Shown: piece by piece, positions 1-8,772 of the stretch
How the letters are laid out: every line of letters begins with the position of its first letter
Numbering within the stretch: position 1 is the stretch's first letter
DNA from: Acidobacteriaceae bacterium
Lineage (GTDB): Bacteria; Acidobacteriota; Terriglobia; Terriglobales; Acidobacteriaceae
Reading direction: 5' to 3'
Length of the DNA stretch: 62,806 nt
NCBI GenBank assembly: GCA_030041955.1
Contig: JASIAO010000105.1
Location: 1-62,806, forward strand
The notes under the pieces: model-generated
Database searches by the model: none
What the model was told of the DNA's origin: nothing
What the model saw: only the letters and a program-made list of their open reading frames with translations
Made by a program: the position numbers and the translations under genes

Positions 1-115
1 TTCGTGTACCCATAACTGACGCCAAACTGGCGCGCCAGCTCCTCCAGGCCACCTCGCCCGGCGGCGTAGGCCTTCAGCAGCTTCTTGCGCAGATCGTCGG
101 AATACGGTCGTGCCA
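1..115 (-). mobile_element. IS630-family transposase, N-terminal HTH part only (gene runs off the left window edge)
   Basis: Reverse-strand ATG at 115..113 translates MARPYSDDLRKKLLKAYAAGRGGLEELARQFGVSYGYT. This is the MxRPYSxDLRxR...FGVS opening typical of IS630/Tc1-type transposase ORFs. The rest lies outside the window. Confidence 0.5.
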
Positions 116-192
116 TCGGCGCGGTGCGGAGTCTCGCCACCTTCAACTTATCTCCGATCTGGACGCCCGGATATAGCTACTAAGGAACTGCT

Positions 193-1068
193 CTAATGCT
201 CCGCCGGTGTCTTGCGAGCGCTGAATACCAGGATGGAGCCGTAGGTGTGGGGGCGAAAGTCCTCAAAACCCGCCTCGGTGGCATAGCGCTCGAGCTCGGG
301 TAGCTCAAAGATATGGCCGCCGCGTTTCTCCGCCCGTTCGCGTACGGATTTGGAATTGATGATGCCCCGGCCGCCGGCATAAAAACACATCACAGCCAGC
401 GGCGCTCCGGCTTTCATGGTGCGGTTGATCTCGCGCAGCGCCAGGACGGTATCCGGGAAATGGTTCAGCGATCCTGCGTTGATAGCGGCGTCGAAGAGGC
501 CGGTCCGGAACGGCAGAGCCTCCACCGCAGCACGAGCGAAGTGGACGTTGGGAAGATGTTCCTCTTCGACATAACGCACGCCCTGCCTCAGCATGCTCAT
601 GCAGATATCGATGCCAAGAATGGTCCTTGACGGAGAAGCAACGCGGCGGCCGTAGGTTCCAGGGCCGCAGGCCGCGTCCAGGATGAAACCCCCGCGCGGT
701 CCCACAATGTCGGAGATGTCCTGTCCCAGGCGTTTGAGGGTGGACGTACCGTCCCATCCGCCATACAGCCTGGATACGATCGGATAGATCCACGGTTCGT
801 AAACGGATGCCGCGAAATTCAGCAGCGCGCTCAGGTCCCTCTTTGCGAGCATGCGCATATCGAAGCTATTGCTCTCTGCAAACTTGACCACCGTGAGGTC
901 AGGAATCCCGTTCAGGATGGGCCAGATCCGCGCACAGGCACGGCAGGAGAGCCCTCCCTGGACCGACTCCAGATCCTGTTTACATACAGGGCATACACAG
1001 TACGACCGAATCCATTCGTCGTCTGTCTTGCGAACGGTTGGCTCAATGTCGAGTGAATGGGATGCCAT
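193..1068 (-). CDS. Class I SAM-dependent methyltransferase with N-terminal Trm112-like zinc ribbon
   Basis: 291 aa. Cys pairs CPVCKQ...LSCRAC sit at the N-terminus, followed by SAM-binding motif I LDAACGPGTYG and a methyltransferase type 11-like core. RBS-like CAGGAG lies upstream of the ATG. Confidence 0.75.
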   Translation of the reverse strand: MASHSLDIEPTVRKTDDEWIRSYCVCPVCKQDLESVQGGLSCRACARIWPILNGIPDLTVVKFAESNSFDMRMLAKRDLSALLNFAASVYEPWIYPIVSRLYGGWDGTSTLKRLGQDISDIVGPRGGFILDAACGPGTYGRRVASPSRTILGIDICMSMLRQGVRYVEEEHLPNVHFARAAVEALPFRTGLFDAAINAGSLNHFPDTVLALREINRTMKAGAPLAVMCFYAGGRGIINSKSVRERAEKRGGHIFELPELERYATEAGFEDFRPHTYGSILVFSARKTPAEH

Positions 1069-1260
1069 GGAAGGCTCCTGGTCGCCTCAGCGGAGGGCCG
1101 GCATCAGGGGAACGGAAGGCTCTTCGGGGAACGCTGTGGTCTGGTTAACACAGTCGTGCGATGAATGCAGTGATGCCGGGCACATGCCGTTCCTGTTTGC
1201 GATGCCGAATGGGCAGAAAGAGAATGGGGACAGGCGGCGAACAAACCCCGGCGCCCCTGG

Positions 1261-1923
1261 TCATTCGAGAATGCAGCCTCGGCCCGTCGAGGACATTGTG
1301 TCATCGAAGTTCTCGTGATTCGAGAAATGCTCGATCCCTCTCAGAACGGACTCAGCTGCCTGCCGGGTGAACTCGAGAGTTTTCCGTTGATTCAGAGGCA
1401 AGTTGCCTCCAATGGCCAGCTTCGCAATGCCGTGGACGAGTGCCCATGCAGTCCATGCCCTGGGCAGGGGATCATCGGCGGGCAGTACCCCCCCCTGCTG
1501 TAAAGCCACGATGGCGTCGAGGAGCACGCGAAAGGCGCTTTCGCCGATCTGCGGTCTGTCGTGCTTACTCTGCAGTTCTCCCGCCAGGTCGAACATCACC
1601 AGGAAATGCCGGGGCCAGCGCAGCGCGAACTCCACGTAGCCGCATCCGCAAAGCACCAGCCGCTCTCGCGCCGAAGCGCCGTGCTGCATGCATTTTGTCA
1701 TGGTCGCCTGCAGGCGTCCGAAGCCTTCCGCTGCCACGGCAAGGAGGAGGTCATCACGGCTGGCGAAGTGCCGGTAGGGAGCGTTATGGGATACCCCAGC
1801 GCGTCGTGCCACCTCACGCAGGGTGAACCCACGGGGGCCGGCTTCGCCGATCAGGGTCTCGGCGGCCTGCATCAGCGCCTTCCGCAGATCTCCGTGATGG
1901 TATGGCCTGGAGGATTTCATCAT
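1261..1923 (-). CDS. TetR/AcrR family transcriptional regulator
   Basis: The N-terminal HTH FTLREVARRAGVSHNAPYRHFASRDDLL is the canonical TetR signature. The gene is divergent from the oxidoreductase gene. Confidence 0.9.
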   Translation of the reverse strand: MMKSSRPYHHGDLRKALMQAAETLIGEAGPRGFTLREVARRAGVSHNAPYRHFASRDDLLLAVAAEGFGRLQATMTKCMQHGASARERLVLCGCGYVEFALRWPRHFLVMFDLAGELQSKHDRPQIGESAFRVLLDAIVALQQGGVLPADDPLPRAWTAWALVHGIAKLAIGGNLPLNQRKTLEFTRQAAESVLRGIEHFSNHENFDDTMSSTGRGCILE

Positions 1924-1939
1924 TTATTCTTATCAAACC

Positions 1940-1978
1940 ATGTTGACATGCGCAACATCTGGTGCAACACTGATGTTG
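1940..1978. promoter_or_regulatory. Candidate TetR operator: repeated ATGTTG / CAACAT half-sites
   Basis: ATGTTG(1940-1945)-N7-CAACAT(1953-1958) is followed by CAACA(1965-1969)-N4-TGTTG(1974-1978). Both lie in the 99-nt divergent gap between the TetR gene and the oxidoreductase gene. Confidence 0.4.
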
Positions 1979-2022
1979 TCACTGTCCACATTCGTCAGGA
2001 TCACTACAGCGCGGGAGCAGTC

Positions 2023-3828
2023 ATGGCCATCGGCATACCCTACAAACAAGCAAAACTCTCGGAAAGCTGGGACGCGATTATCATCGGCTCCGGCATAGGC
2101 GGACTCACCGCCTCCGTCCTGCTCGCCCTCCATGCCGGCCGGCGCGTTCTCGTGCTGGAGCGCCACTATGAGACAGGTGGGTTTACCCACACCTTCCATC
2201 GCCCCGGCTACCAGTGGGACGTCGGTCTGCACTACGTCGGTCAGATGGGAGACCGGGCCTCGCAGGTACGCCGGGCATTTGATTCCATCACCGGCGGAGG
2301 GGTGGCATGGCACCCAATGCCCGCGGTCTATGACCGTTTTCTGATCGACGGCCGGCGCTTTGAATTCTCCTCCGGCGTCGAGGCGTTCCGGGATGGCTTA
2401 CGGCAAGCCTTTCCCTCAGAGACTGCTGCGATCGACCGCTATCTTGCCACGGTTCACGCCGCTAACCGTTGGAGCGGTCTCTATTTCACCGAGAAGGCGT
2501 TGCCCGCTCCTCTCGCACGCGTGGCGGGCGGCCTGATGCGGGCGCCGTTTCTGCGCTGGGCGCGCCTCACAACGCGCGAGGTTCTTGAAAACCTCACCAG
2601 CAATCGCGAACTCATCGGTGTACTTGCGGCGCAGTGGGGCGACTACGGGCTCCCGCCCGCGCAAAGCAGCTTTGCGATGCACGCGATCATTGTCGAACAC
2701 TACCTCGGCGGCGCATTCTACCCAGTTGGTGGAGCTGCCTCCATTGCGGCTGCGATGGTTCCGTTGATCGAAAGTGCCGGGGGCAGCGTCGTTACCAGCG
2801 CCGAAGTGGCGAGCGTGGTTCTCGAGGCCGGCTGCGCCGCCGGGGTTCGCATGAGCGACGGCACGGTCTTCCGCGCACCCCTCGTTATCAGCGACGCCGG
2901 CGCTGCGAACACCTTCGAGCGGCTCCTGCCGCCCGATCTGCCTGAGCTGGACTCGCTGCGCGCGGACCTCAGGACGCTCACCTCTTCTACAGCTCATGTC
3001 AGTCTCTACATTGGCCTCGACGCGACCGATGCCGCTCTGGGCCTCACCGGCACGAATCTCTGGGTTTATCCTTCCTTCGATCACGATGCCAATGTCGAGC
3101 GGTTTGGGCGCGATCCTGATGCGCCGCTGCCGGGTACCTACATCTCCTTCCCTTCGGCAAAGGATCCCGATTTCCAGCGCCGCTATCCCGGACACAGCAC
3201 GATCGAAGCCATCGCCATGGTGCCCTGGCAGCCCTTCGCGCGTTGGGAGCAGACACCCTGGAAACGTCGCGGCAAGGAATATGAGAGCCTCAAGGACAGC
3301 ATCGCGGCGCGGCTGCGGGCCGAAGTCGAACGACAGGTACCCACCGTGGCGCCGTGCATTGCACACGCCGAGCTCTCGACTCCCGCTACGACCCGACACT
3401 TTATGAATTACCGGCAGGGCGAAATCTACGGGATAGCCGCCACGCCGAGGCGGTTCCTCGCGCGAAGGCTGGGTGCGCGCACTCCCGTCCGCGGTCTTTA
3501 CCTTACCGGCCAGGATGCCGCAACCCTGGGAATTGTGGGCGCATTGTTCGGCGGTATCGTCTGTGCCTCGGCCGCTCTCAGAAAGAACCTCATCGGCACA
3601 GTCAGTCGAAATTCGCCGGTCCCGGGCTCTGCTTTTAGCACAAAGCCGGCTACAGTTTCGACTCCGGGGTCGGCACGAGGCGCGCTCCCGGAAGACCCAG
3701 CCAGCGGGAAGTCCGGCAGGCATACAGCAGATAATCCAGTCCAGGCTGCTCTTGCAGGAATTTCTCCTCCGGCAGGACGAAGCGAAAGTGGAGCCAGGCA
3801 GCCAGCAATACCGCAGCACAGAGATTGA
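2023..3828 (+). CDS. NAD(P)/FAD-dependent oxidoreductase, phytoene-desaturase (CrtI) / retinol-saturase-like family
   Basis: ATG at 2023 gives MAIGIPYKQAKLSESWDAIIIGSGIGGLTASVLLA, a GxGxxG dinucleotide fold. The C-terminal LYLTGQDAATLGIVGALFGG motif is typical of the family. The 154 upstream codons of the raw ORF overlap the TetR gene and are rejected. The roughly 70-aa low-complexity tail overlaps the next gene. Confidence 0.8.
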   Translation: MAIGIPYKQAKLSESWDAIIIGSGIGGLTASVLLALHAGRRVLVLERHYETGGFTHTFHRPGYQWDVGLHYVGQMGDRASQVRRAFDSITGGGVAWHPMPAVYDRFLIDGRRFEFSSGVEAFRDGLRQAFPSETAAIDRYLATVHAANRWSGLYFTEKALPAPLARVAGGLMRAPFLRWARLTTREVLENLTSNRELIGVLAAQWGDYGLPPAQSSFAMHAIIVEHYLGGAFYPVGGAASIAAAMVPLIESAGGSVVTSAEVASVVLEAGCAAGVRMSDGTVFRAPLVISDAGAANTFERLLPPDLPELDSLRADLRTLTSSTAHVSLYIGLDATDAALGLTGTNLWVYPSFDHDANVERFGRDPDAPLPGTYISFPSAKDPDFQRRYPGHSTIEAIAMVPWQPFARWEQTPWKRRGKEYESLKDSIAARLRAEVERQVPTVAPCIAHAELSTPATTRHFMNYRQGEIYGIAATPRRFLARRLGARTPVRGLYLTGQDAATLGIVGALFGGIVCASAALRKNLIGTVSRNSPVPGSAFSTKPATVSTPGSARGALPEDPASGKSGRHTADNPVQAALAGISPPAGRSESGARQPAIPQHRD

Positions 3829-4165
3829 CATACAGGCCGGTCGCGAGCGCCGTGCCCGCGCAGATTAACACCATGCCCAGGTACATAGGATTGCGTGTAA
3901 ACCGAAAGGGGCCATTACGAATCACCTGACCCACCGGACTGAACGGACAAACGCCGATCCGGTTTCTGACAAACAGGCGATTCGCACAGAGGTTCAAAAC
4001 CACCCCGGCCAGGACGAACCCGGAGCCCACAGAGAGTGAAGTCATTCCAGGGCGAAGGGGCCAGCACCACAGGATAGCCGGAACCTGAACGAGCAGCGCG
4101 AACAGCAGGCCCTGAGGAGGAAGGATCTTCCCATCCAATGCGAACAGCTTTCTGTTGTCATTCAT
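3650..4165 (-). CDS. Isoprenylcysteine carboxyl methyltransferase (ICMT/PEMT) family membrane protein
   Basis: Hydrophobic protein with GPFRFTRNPMYLG and EEKFLQEQ.G..Y..Y...T.RW motifs. The ATG at 4165 (MNDNRK) overlaps the marR stop by 8 nt and has AAGGAA upstream. An alternative start lies at 4186. Confidence 0.75.
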   Translation of the reverse strand: MNDNRKLFALDGKILPPQGLLFALLVQVPAILWCWPLRPGMTSLSVGSGFVLAGVVLNLCANRLFVRNRIGVCPFSPVGQVIRNGPFRFTRNPMYLGMVLICAGTALATGLYVNLCAAVLLAAWLHFRFVLPEEKFLQEQPGLDYLLYACRTSRWLGLPGARLVPTPESKL

Positions 4166-4628
4166 CGTTTTGTTCCTTTCCCGCACGAAGTTCGGCGCGC
4201 AGCTGCTTCAGAAGAACAGTTGCGGCAGTCACCCGATCTTCGGAAAGACGCGCCGCCAGTTGTGTCAGTAATGCAGCGTCCGCTTCGCGTATTCGTTCCC
4301 AGAACCTTCGACCCCTCCGGCTGAGCGAGAGGAGCACCGCCCGGCGATCGTTGGGATTCTCGGTCTCTTCGACCCAGCCCGGATGTGGAAGGTGCCGCAG
4401 CGTCTGATGGATGTGCTGGCGGCTCAGCGAGTATTTCCTGGCCAGGTCGGAGAGTGAGATAGGCTGCGCTTCCCTGGCCAGAAATTCCAGAAGAGCGCGG
4501 TCCCCCGCCCGAATACCCAATTCCTGAAGCTCGCAATCAGCCGCGGCTGTCAGCTCACGAAAGGCACGCCGCATTTGCCAGATCAGCTTCTCGAGCGACT
4601 CCGCTTTCGATTTCATACTGTCACTCAT
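4158..4628 (-). CDS. MarR family transcriptional regulator
   Basis: Winged-HTH region LSDLARKYSLSRQHIHQTLRHL...ENPNDRRAVLLSLSRRG is typical MarR. Confidence 0.88.
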   Translation of the reverse strand: MSDSMKSKAESLEKLIWQMRRAFRELTAAADCELQELGIRAGDRALLEFLAREAQPISLSDLARKYSLSRQHIHQTLRHLPHPGWVEETENPNDRRAVLLSLSRRGRRFWERIREADAALLTQLAARLSEDRVTAATVLLKQLRAELRAGKEQNDE

Positions 4629-4678
4629 GTTGACAGTCGTTTCTTATGATGTCAAGTGATTTGACATATGTGGTCAAC
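4629..4678. promoter_or_regulatory. Candidate MarR operator (nested perfect palindromes)
   Basis: ATGTCAA-gtgat-TTGACAT (4649-4667) is nested inside GTTGAC (4629-4634) ... GTCAAC (4673-4678), immediately upstream of the marR start codon. Confidence 0.4.
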
Positions 4679-4784
4679 GATCATGGCCTCTGAGAGGAGC
4701 TAAGGCGGGCGCCTGCCGGGCAATCTTGCAGGAGTGACCTGGCAGGAGCAGAATAGAGGCACCACCGGGGGATAGAATTGAGGC

Positions 4785-5120
4785 ATGGTTATGGATTGTT
4801 ACCAACCATTGAGGGCGCACTCCATTCGGTCGAACATTATCTTCGGGCTCACGCTCTGCGCAATGACCAGGACGGAAACCAGAATGGGCTCTGTTTCCCG
4901 CGCGGAACAGCTGCTGGCAAAAGCGAAACGGATTGTGGAGAACGCATCACGGGATCTGCGTGCGGATGCCAATTCCCCGATCCCCGAGAGACACCTGCTG
5001 GGAAAGCTCCTGGACCAGCTGAAAGCCAGCATTGGGGGCCTTGACCCGCTATGGATTCCGAATGACGGCCCTCTTCAGACGAAGAGTGATCCACTTCGCT
5101 ACGCGACGCAGGTCAACTGA
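4785..5120 (+). CDS. Hypothetical protein
   Basis: 111-aa ORF with GAGG 7 nt upstream. I recognise no family. The coding call is weak. Confidence 0.3.
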   Translation: MVMDCYQPLRAHSIRSNIIFGLTLCAMTRTETRMGSVSRAEQLLAKAKRIVENASRDLRADANSPIPERHLLGKLLDQLKASIGGLDPLWIPNDGPLQTKSDPLRYATQVN

Positions 5121-5395
5121 ACGAGCAGCCCAAACGGAATCCAGTCAGCAAAGGCCAACGCCGCGCCTGATGCATTGCTCGTGCCTCCATCCAGGACGAA
5201 CGCAATCAGGATCTAAGCAGGATGTGCTCCGGCCGACGGGTTTTGAAGTGAGAGAAATCCGGCAAAAACAATAAACGAGCTTTATCGGCCGGGCTGCATC
5301 CAGCGATTCACGAATACCACCAGTGCGCTCACCGACGTCGACTACTACCTGGGAAGTCGGCCAGGGTTCAGTGAACTGCCGTTCCGAAGTTCATT

Positions 5396-5469
5396 TGTTG
5401 CCTCCAGGCAAAGCGCTCATTGAGCTTTTCAAGTCGATCAGTGTTCTCCGCGAGTGGCTGTAAACCGCC
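5396..5469 (+). repeat. Copy A of a ~70-nt direct repeat; possibly a decayed transposase 3' end
   Basis: Shares TGTTGCC, TCATTGAGC, an 18/18 identical core AAGTCGATCAGTGTTCTC and a similar 3' flank with 15662-15730. The reverse-strand reading gives ..LQPLAENTDRLEKLNERF.., which faintly resembles the P-E-L-N-P-I-E-x-L-W segment of IS630/Tc1 DDE transposases. Confidence 0.5.
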
Positions 5470-5577
5470 GACGCGTCCTCTTGCTTCCAGAATAGGCACG
5501 CAGTTCCCGGCACAAGGCACCGTAGGCGACTATACGGCCACGTGGCCAGCATTCGATTTGTCGATGAGCGTTGGCGA

Positions 5578-6660
5578 TTATGTGCCAATTGAACCGACTG
5601 AAAAGGCGTTCTGTCGCGACGTAGCGAAGTACCGGCGCTGGAAGTAAAAGGACAGGTTGACCAATGCGATCATGACCGGCACCTCGACCAGCGGGCCGAT
5701 AACTGCAGCAAACGCAGCGCCGGAGTTGATGCCGAACATCGACACGGCAACGGTGATCGCCAGTTCGAAGTTGTTCGAAGCGGCCGTGAACGAGAGTGTT
5801 GCTGTCTGCGAGTAATCCGCACCCAACTTACGGCCCATGTAAAACGATAGCAAGAACATGAGTACGAAGTAGACCAGCAGCGGTGCGGCGATCCTGAGCA
5901 CGTCCAGAGGCAGACGCACGATGTAGTTGCCTTTGAGAGAGAACATCACCACAATGGTGAACAAGACTGCAACCAGTGTCATGGGGGCGACTCGGGGCAC
6001 GAAGTCTCGGTCGTACCAGCCGCGTCCCTTTGCCCGGATCAGCACCGTTCGCGTAAGGAAACCGGCGATAAAGGGGACACCAAGATAAAGGAAGACGCTC
6101 TTCGCGATTTCGCGGATTGAGATGTTCACCACCGCGCCGCGCAGCCCGAACCATCCCGGCAAAACTGTGATGAACACCCAGGAGTAGACAGAGTAAAAGA
6201 AGACCTGGAACAGGGAGTTGAAGGCGACCAGTCCGGCTGCGTACTGTGTATCGCCCTTCGCCAGTTCGTTCCACACGATGACCATGGCGATGCACCGTGC
6301 CAGGCCGATCAGGATGAGGCCAGCCATGTATTCGGGGTATCCGCGCAGGAAGACGATGGCAAGTAGAAACATCAGAACCGGCCCGATCAACCAGTTCTGC
6401 ACGAGCGAAATGCCCAACACGCGCTTGTTGCGGAAGACCTCATGTAGTTCTTCGTAGCGGACCCTTGTAAAGGGCGGGTACATCATCAGGATCAGCCCCG
6501 CCGCGATCGGCACTGAGGTTGTGCCGATGCTGAAGCGGTTCAGGAACGGCACGACTCCAGGAGCAAGCCAGCCGAGAGCCACGCCGAACACCATCGCGGC
6601 AAAGATCCAGGAAGTCAGATAGCGGTCGAGAAAAGACAACCGGCTCTTTTTCACCGACAC
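5578..6660 (-). CDS. acr3: ACR3 family arsenite efflux transporter
   Basis: 360 aa. [37 protein letters not shown] and [10 protein letters not shown] are characteristic ACR3 segments. It is the last gene of the ars operon. Confidence 0.92.
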   Translation of the reverse strand: MSVKKSRLSFLDRYLTSWIFAAMVFGVALGWLAPGVVPFLNRFSIGTTSVPIAAGLILMMYPPFTRVRYEELHEVFRNKRVLGISLVQNWLIGPVLMFLLAIVFLRGYPEYMAGLILIGLARCIAMVIVWNELAKGDTQYAAGLVAFNSLFQVFFYSVYSWVFITVLPGWFGLRGAVVNISIREIAKSVFLYLGVPFIAGFLTRTVLIRAKGRGWYDRDFVPRVAPMTLVAVLFTIVVMFSLKGNYIVRLPLDVLRIAAPLLVYFVLMFLLSFYMGRKLGADYSQTATLSFTAASNNFELAITVAVSMFGINSGAAFAAVIGPLVEVPVMIALVNLSFYFQRRYFATSRQNAFSVGSIGT

Positions 6661-6663
6661 CTC

Positions 6664-7155
6664 CTACGAGCGGCCGATCTGGTCGATTTCGCGCTTGATT
6701 GCCATGTACTCCAGCGTCGTCAGAGGCAGCGAGAGGAACAGCCCGATTCTGCGGTCAAGGATGGTGAAGGCATCGCGGAAAGCGCGGGCGATCTCCCCTG
6801 AAGCGCCCTTGACTGCCGCGGGATCGGCGACGCCCCAGTGCGCTGTCATCGGCTGTCCAGGCCAGTAAGGGCATTGTTCCTGTGCGGCGTTGTCGCATAC
6901 AGTGAAAACGAAGTCGAGCTTCGGCGCGCCCGGGGCCGCGAACTCGCCCCACGACTTGCTGCGAAGTCCAGCTGTCGGGAGTCCCGCCGATTCGATCTGC
7001 TGAAGCGCTTCTGGCCGCGGCTGTCCGGCCGGATGGCTGCCCGCGCTGTACGCCGTGAACCTGCCCTTGCCTTTGTGATTCAGGATGGCTTCGGCCATGA
7101 TCGAGCGCGCAGAGTTGCCGGTGCAGAGGAACAAAACGTTGTAGTGATCGGACAT
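6664..7155 (-). CDS. arsC: Arsenate reductase, LMW-PTPase (thioredoxin-coupled) type
   Basis: VLFLCTGNSARSIMAEA P-loop (CX5R) plus downstream Cys (TVCDNA ... CPYWPG). Confidence 0.9.
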   Translation of the reverse strand: MSDHYNVLFLCTGNSARSIMAEAILNHKGKGRFTAYSAGSHPAGQPRPEALQQIESAGLPTAGLRSKSWGEFAAPGAPKLDFVFTVCDNAAQEQCPYWPGQPMTAHWGVADPAAVKGASGEIARAFRDAFTILDRRIGLFLSLPLTTLEYMAIKREIDQIGRS

Positions 7156-7158
7156 GTG

Positions 7159-8031
7159 TTATTCCTTTGCTCCTGCGGGCGTAGGTGCGCAACAGCCGGG
7201 TTGACAACAGGCGAATTTCGATTTGTTTGCTCGCACAAAGGCACTAAAGAACTTGTCATTCACCTGAGGAGCGATTGCGTCCACGTCAACACCAGCTTCG
7301 GTAAGGAACCGGCGCGCATCCTCGACGTTGTAGACGCGCGTCGGCTCGATGGAAACTGCGTCGAAGCCTGCTCCGGTTAGCTTTGCGATGTACTCGTTCT
7401 CTTCGAGGGCGCCGGCGATACAGCCAACCCAAAGCAATATGCTCCTGCGCACGTCTTCCGGTACAGTGCCGCGAACAACCACGTCGGAGACCGCGAACCG
7501 ACCGCCTGGTTTCAGGACGCGGAAGGCTTCGCGGAGAACACGATCTTTGTCGGCGGAAAGATTGATGACGCAGTTCGAGATGACGACATCGACCGAGTTG
7601 TCGGGCAGCGGGATGTTCTCGATTTCGCCCTTCAGGAACTCACCGTTCGTGACACCCGCCTGCTTCTGGTTTTCGCGTGCGAGTGCCAACATGTCATCCG
7701 TCATGTCGAGTCCGTAGGCCTTACCTGCCGGCCCCACACGCCTGGCCGAGAGCAGCACGTCGATCCCGCCGCCGGAGCCTAGATCGAGTACGGTTTCTCC
7801 GGGCCGCAGATCGATCAGTGCCGTTGGATTGCCGCACCCGAGAGAGGCCCTAACTGCCTTCTCAGGAATGGTTCCCGTCTGATCGGCGCTGTAAAGATCT
7901 GTGGTAATCGGATCGCAGCAGCGAAGGCCGGGATCGCAACACGCCTGGACGTTTCCGGATTCGGCCACCGCCCGCGCGGCGCTTCCGTATTTTGCCTTGA
8001 CCTGTTCCTGAACGCCGGCCGTCGATTCCAT
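7159..8031 (-). CDS. arsM: Arsenite S-adenosylmethionine methyltransferase
   Basis: N-terminal Cys pairs (ACCDP..RCCDP), VLDLGSGGGIDV SAM motif, NCVINLS and LKPGGRFAVSD are the ArsM/AS3MT pattern. Confidence 0.88.
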   Translation of the reverse strand: MESTAGVQEQVKAKYGSAARAVAESGNVQACCDPGLRCCDPITTDLYSADQTGTIPEKAVRASLGCGNPTALIDLRPGETVLDLGSGGGIDVLLSARRVGPAGKAYGLDMTDDMLALARENQKQAGVTNGEFLKGEIENIPLPDNSVDVVISNCVINLSADKDRVLREAFRVLKPGGRFAVSDVVVRGTVPEDVRRSILLWVGCIAGALEENEYIAKLTGAGFDAVSIEPTRVYNVEDARRFLTEAGVDVDAIAPQVNDKFFSAFVRANKSKFACCQPGCCAPTPAGAKE

Positions 8032-8108
8032 GAAAGCATCTCCTCACATATGCTCACGCGAATATATTCTCTCCTGGACGTATCTGTCAAGACACATATA
8101 ATGGCGAT

Positions 8109-8525
8109 GTGAGTCATTCGTCGAGGAATTACGACTTAGCCCTGCTGTTTGCCGCGCTCGCCGATCGCACCCGGCTCAGGCTGTTGAACTTGATGAACGG
8201 CAAGGAAGTGTGTGTCTGTTATTTCGTGGAGATCCTTGGGCAGAGCCAGCCCAAGATTTCACGGCATCTTGCCTACCTGCGGCGCGCGGGAATTGTCGCT
8301 GCCCGCCGCGAGGGCAAGTGGATGCATTACAAGATCGTTCCGCCAAAGCACGATGGCGCGGCACACATCCTGAACGAAACGCTCGCTGTCCTCAGTGAGG
8401 ACAGGGCAATGCAGGCAGACCAAACCAGATTGGACAAGGCGTGCTGTACTCCGCAGAAGCGCTCAGCTCTGGAGGGCGCGCCTACACCGAGAGCAGTTGA
8501 GGCGCTTGCCTGTTCCTCGTGCTGA
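8109..8525 (+). CDS. arsR: ArsR/SmtB family metalloregulator
   Basis: LADRTRLRLLNLM..EVCVCYFVEILGQSQPKISRHLAYLRRAG contains the CVC metal site and HTH. GTG start. Divergent from arsM-arsC-acr3. Confidence 0.88.
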   Translation: MSHSSRNYDLALLFAALADRTRLRLLNLMNGKEVCVCYFVEILGQSQPKISRHLAYLRRAGIVAARREGKWMHYKIVPPKHDGAAHILNETLAVLSEDRAMQADQTRLDKACCTPQKRSALEGAPTPRAVEALACSSC

Positions 8526-8562
8526 ATTGACGCCTTGAGGGCTTAGCGGAATGGCGCAGTGG

Positions 8563-8772
8563 CTACCGCGATGCGGAAGCTGGCATCGTGGGCAGGCCGA
8601 TCCACCTGAAGACCGCCATCGCCGGGCACCAATTGGTGAAACCGGACTGGAAAAGGTTCACTCCGACAAAGACGGTGAGCCAGAGCCAGTAGCCGGAAAC
8701 CCAGTGGGCCAGAGCCAGCGAGACCAGAACGATTACTCCGGCAAGCAGACGAACAGCGCGTTCAACCGTCAC
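8563..8772 (-). CDS. DUF2892 (YgaP-like) small membrane protein
   Basis: 69 aa, ending ..FVGVNLFQSGFTNWCPAMAVF.., the DUF2892 signature. The GTG start overlaps the RND stop (GTGA). AGGAGG lies 7 nt upstream. Confidence 0.6.
   Translation of the reverse strand: MTVERAVRLLAGVIVLVSLALAHWVSGYWLWLTVFVGVNLFQSGFTNWCPAMAVFRWIGLPTMPASASR

Noticed and set aside
1561-2022. 154-codon N-terminal extension of the oxidoreductase ORF
   Set aside because: It overlaps the TetR gene on the other strand. The GxGxxG Rossmann start typical of the family begins right after the ATG at 2023.
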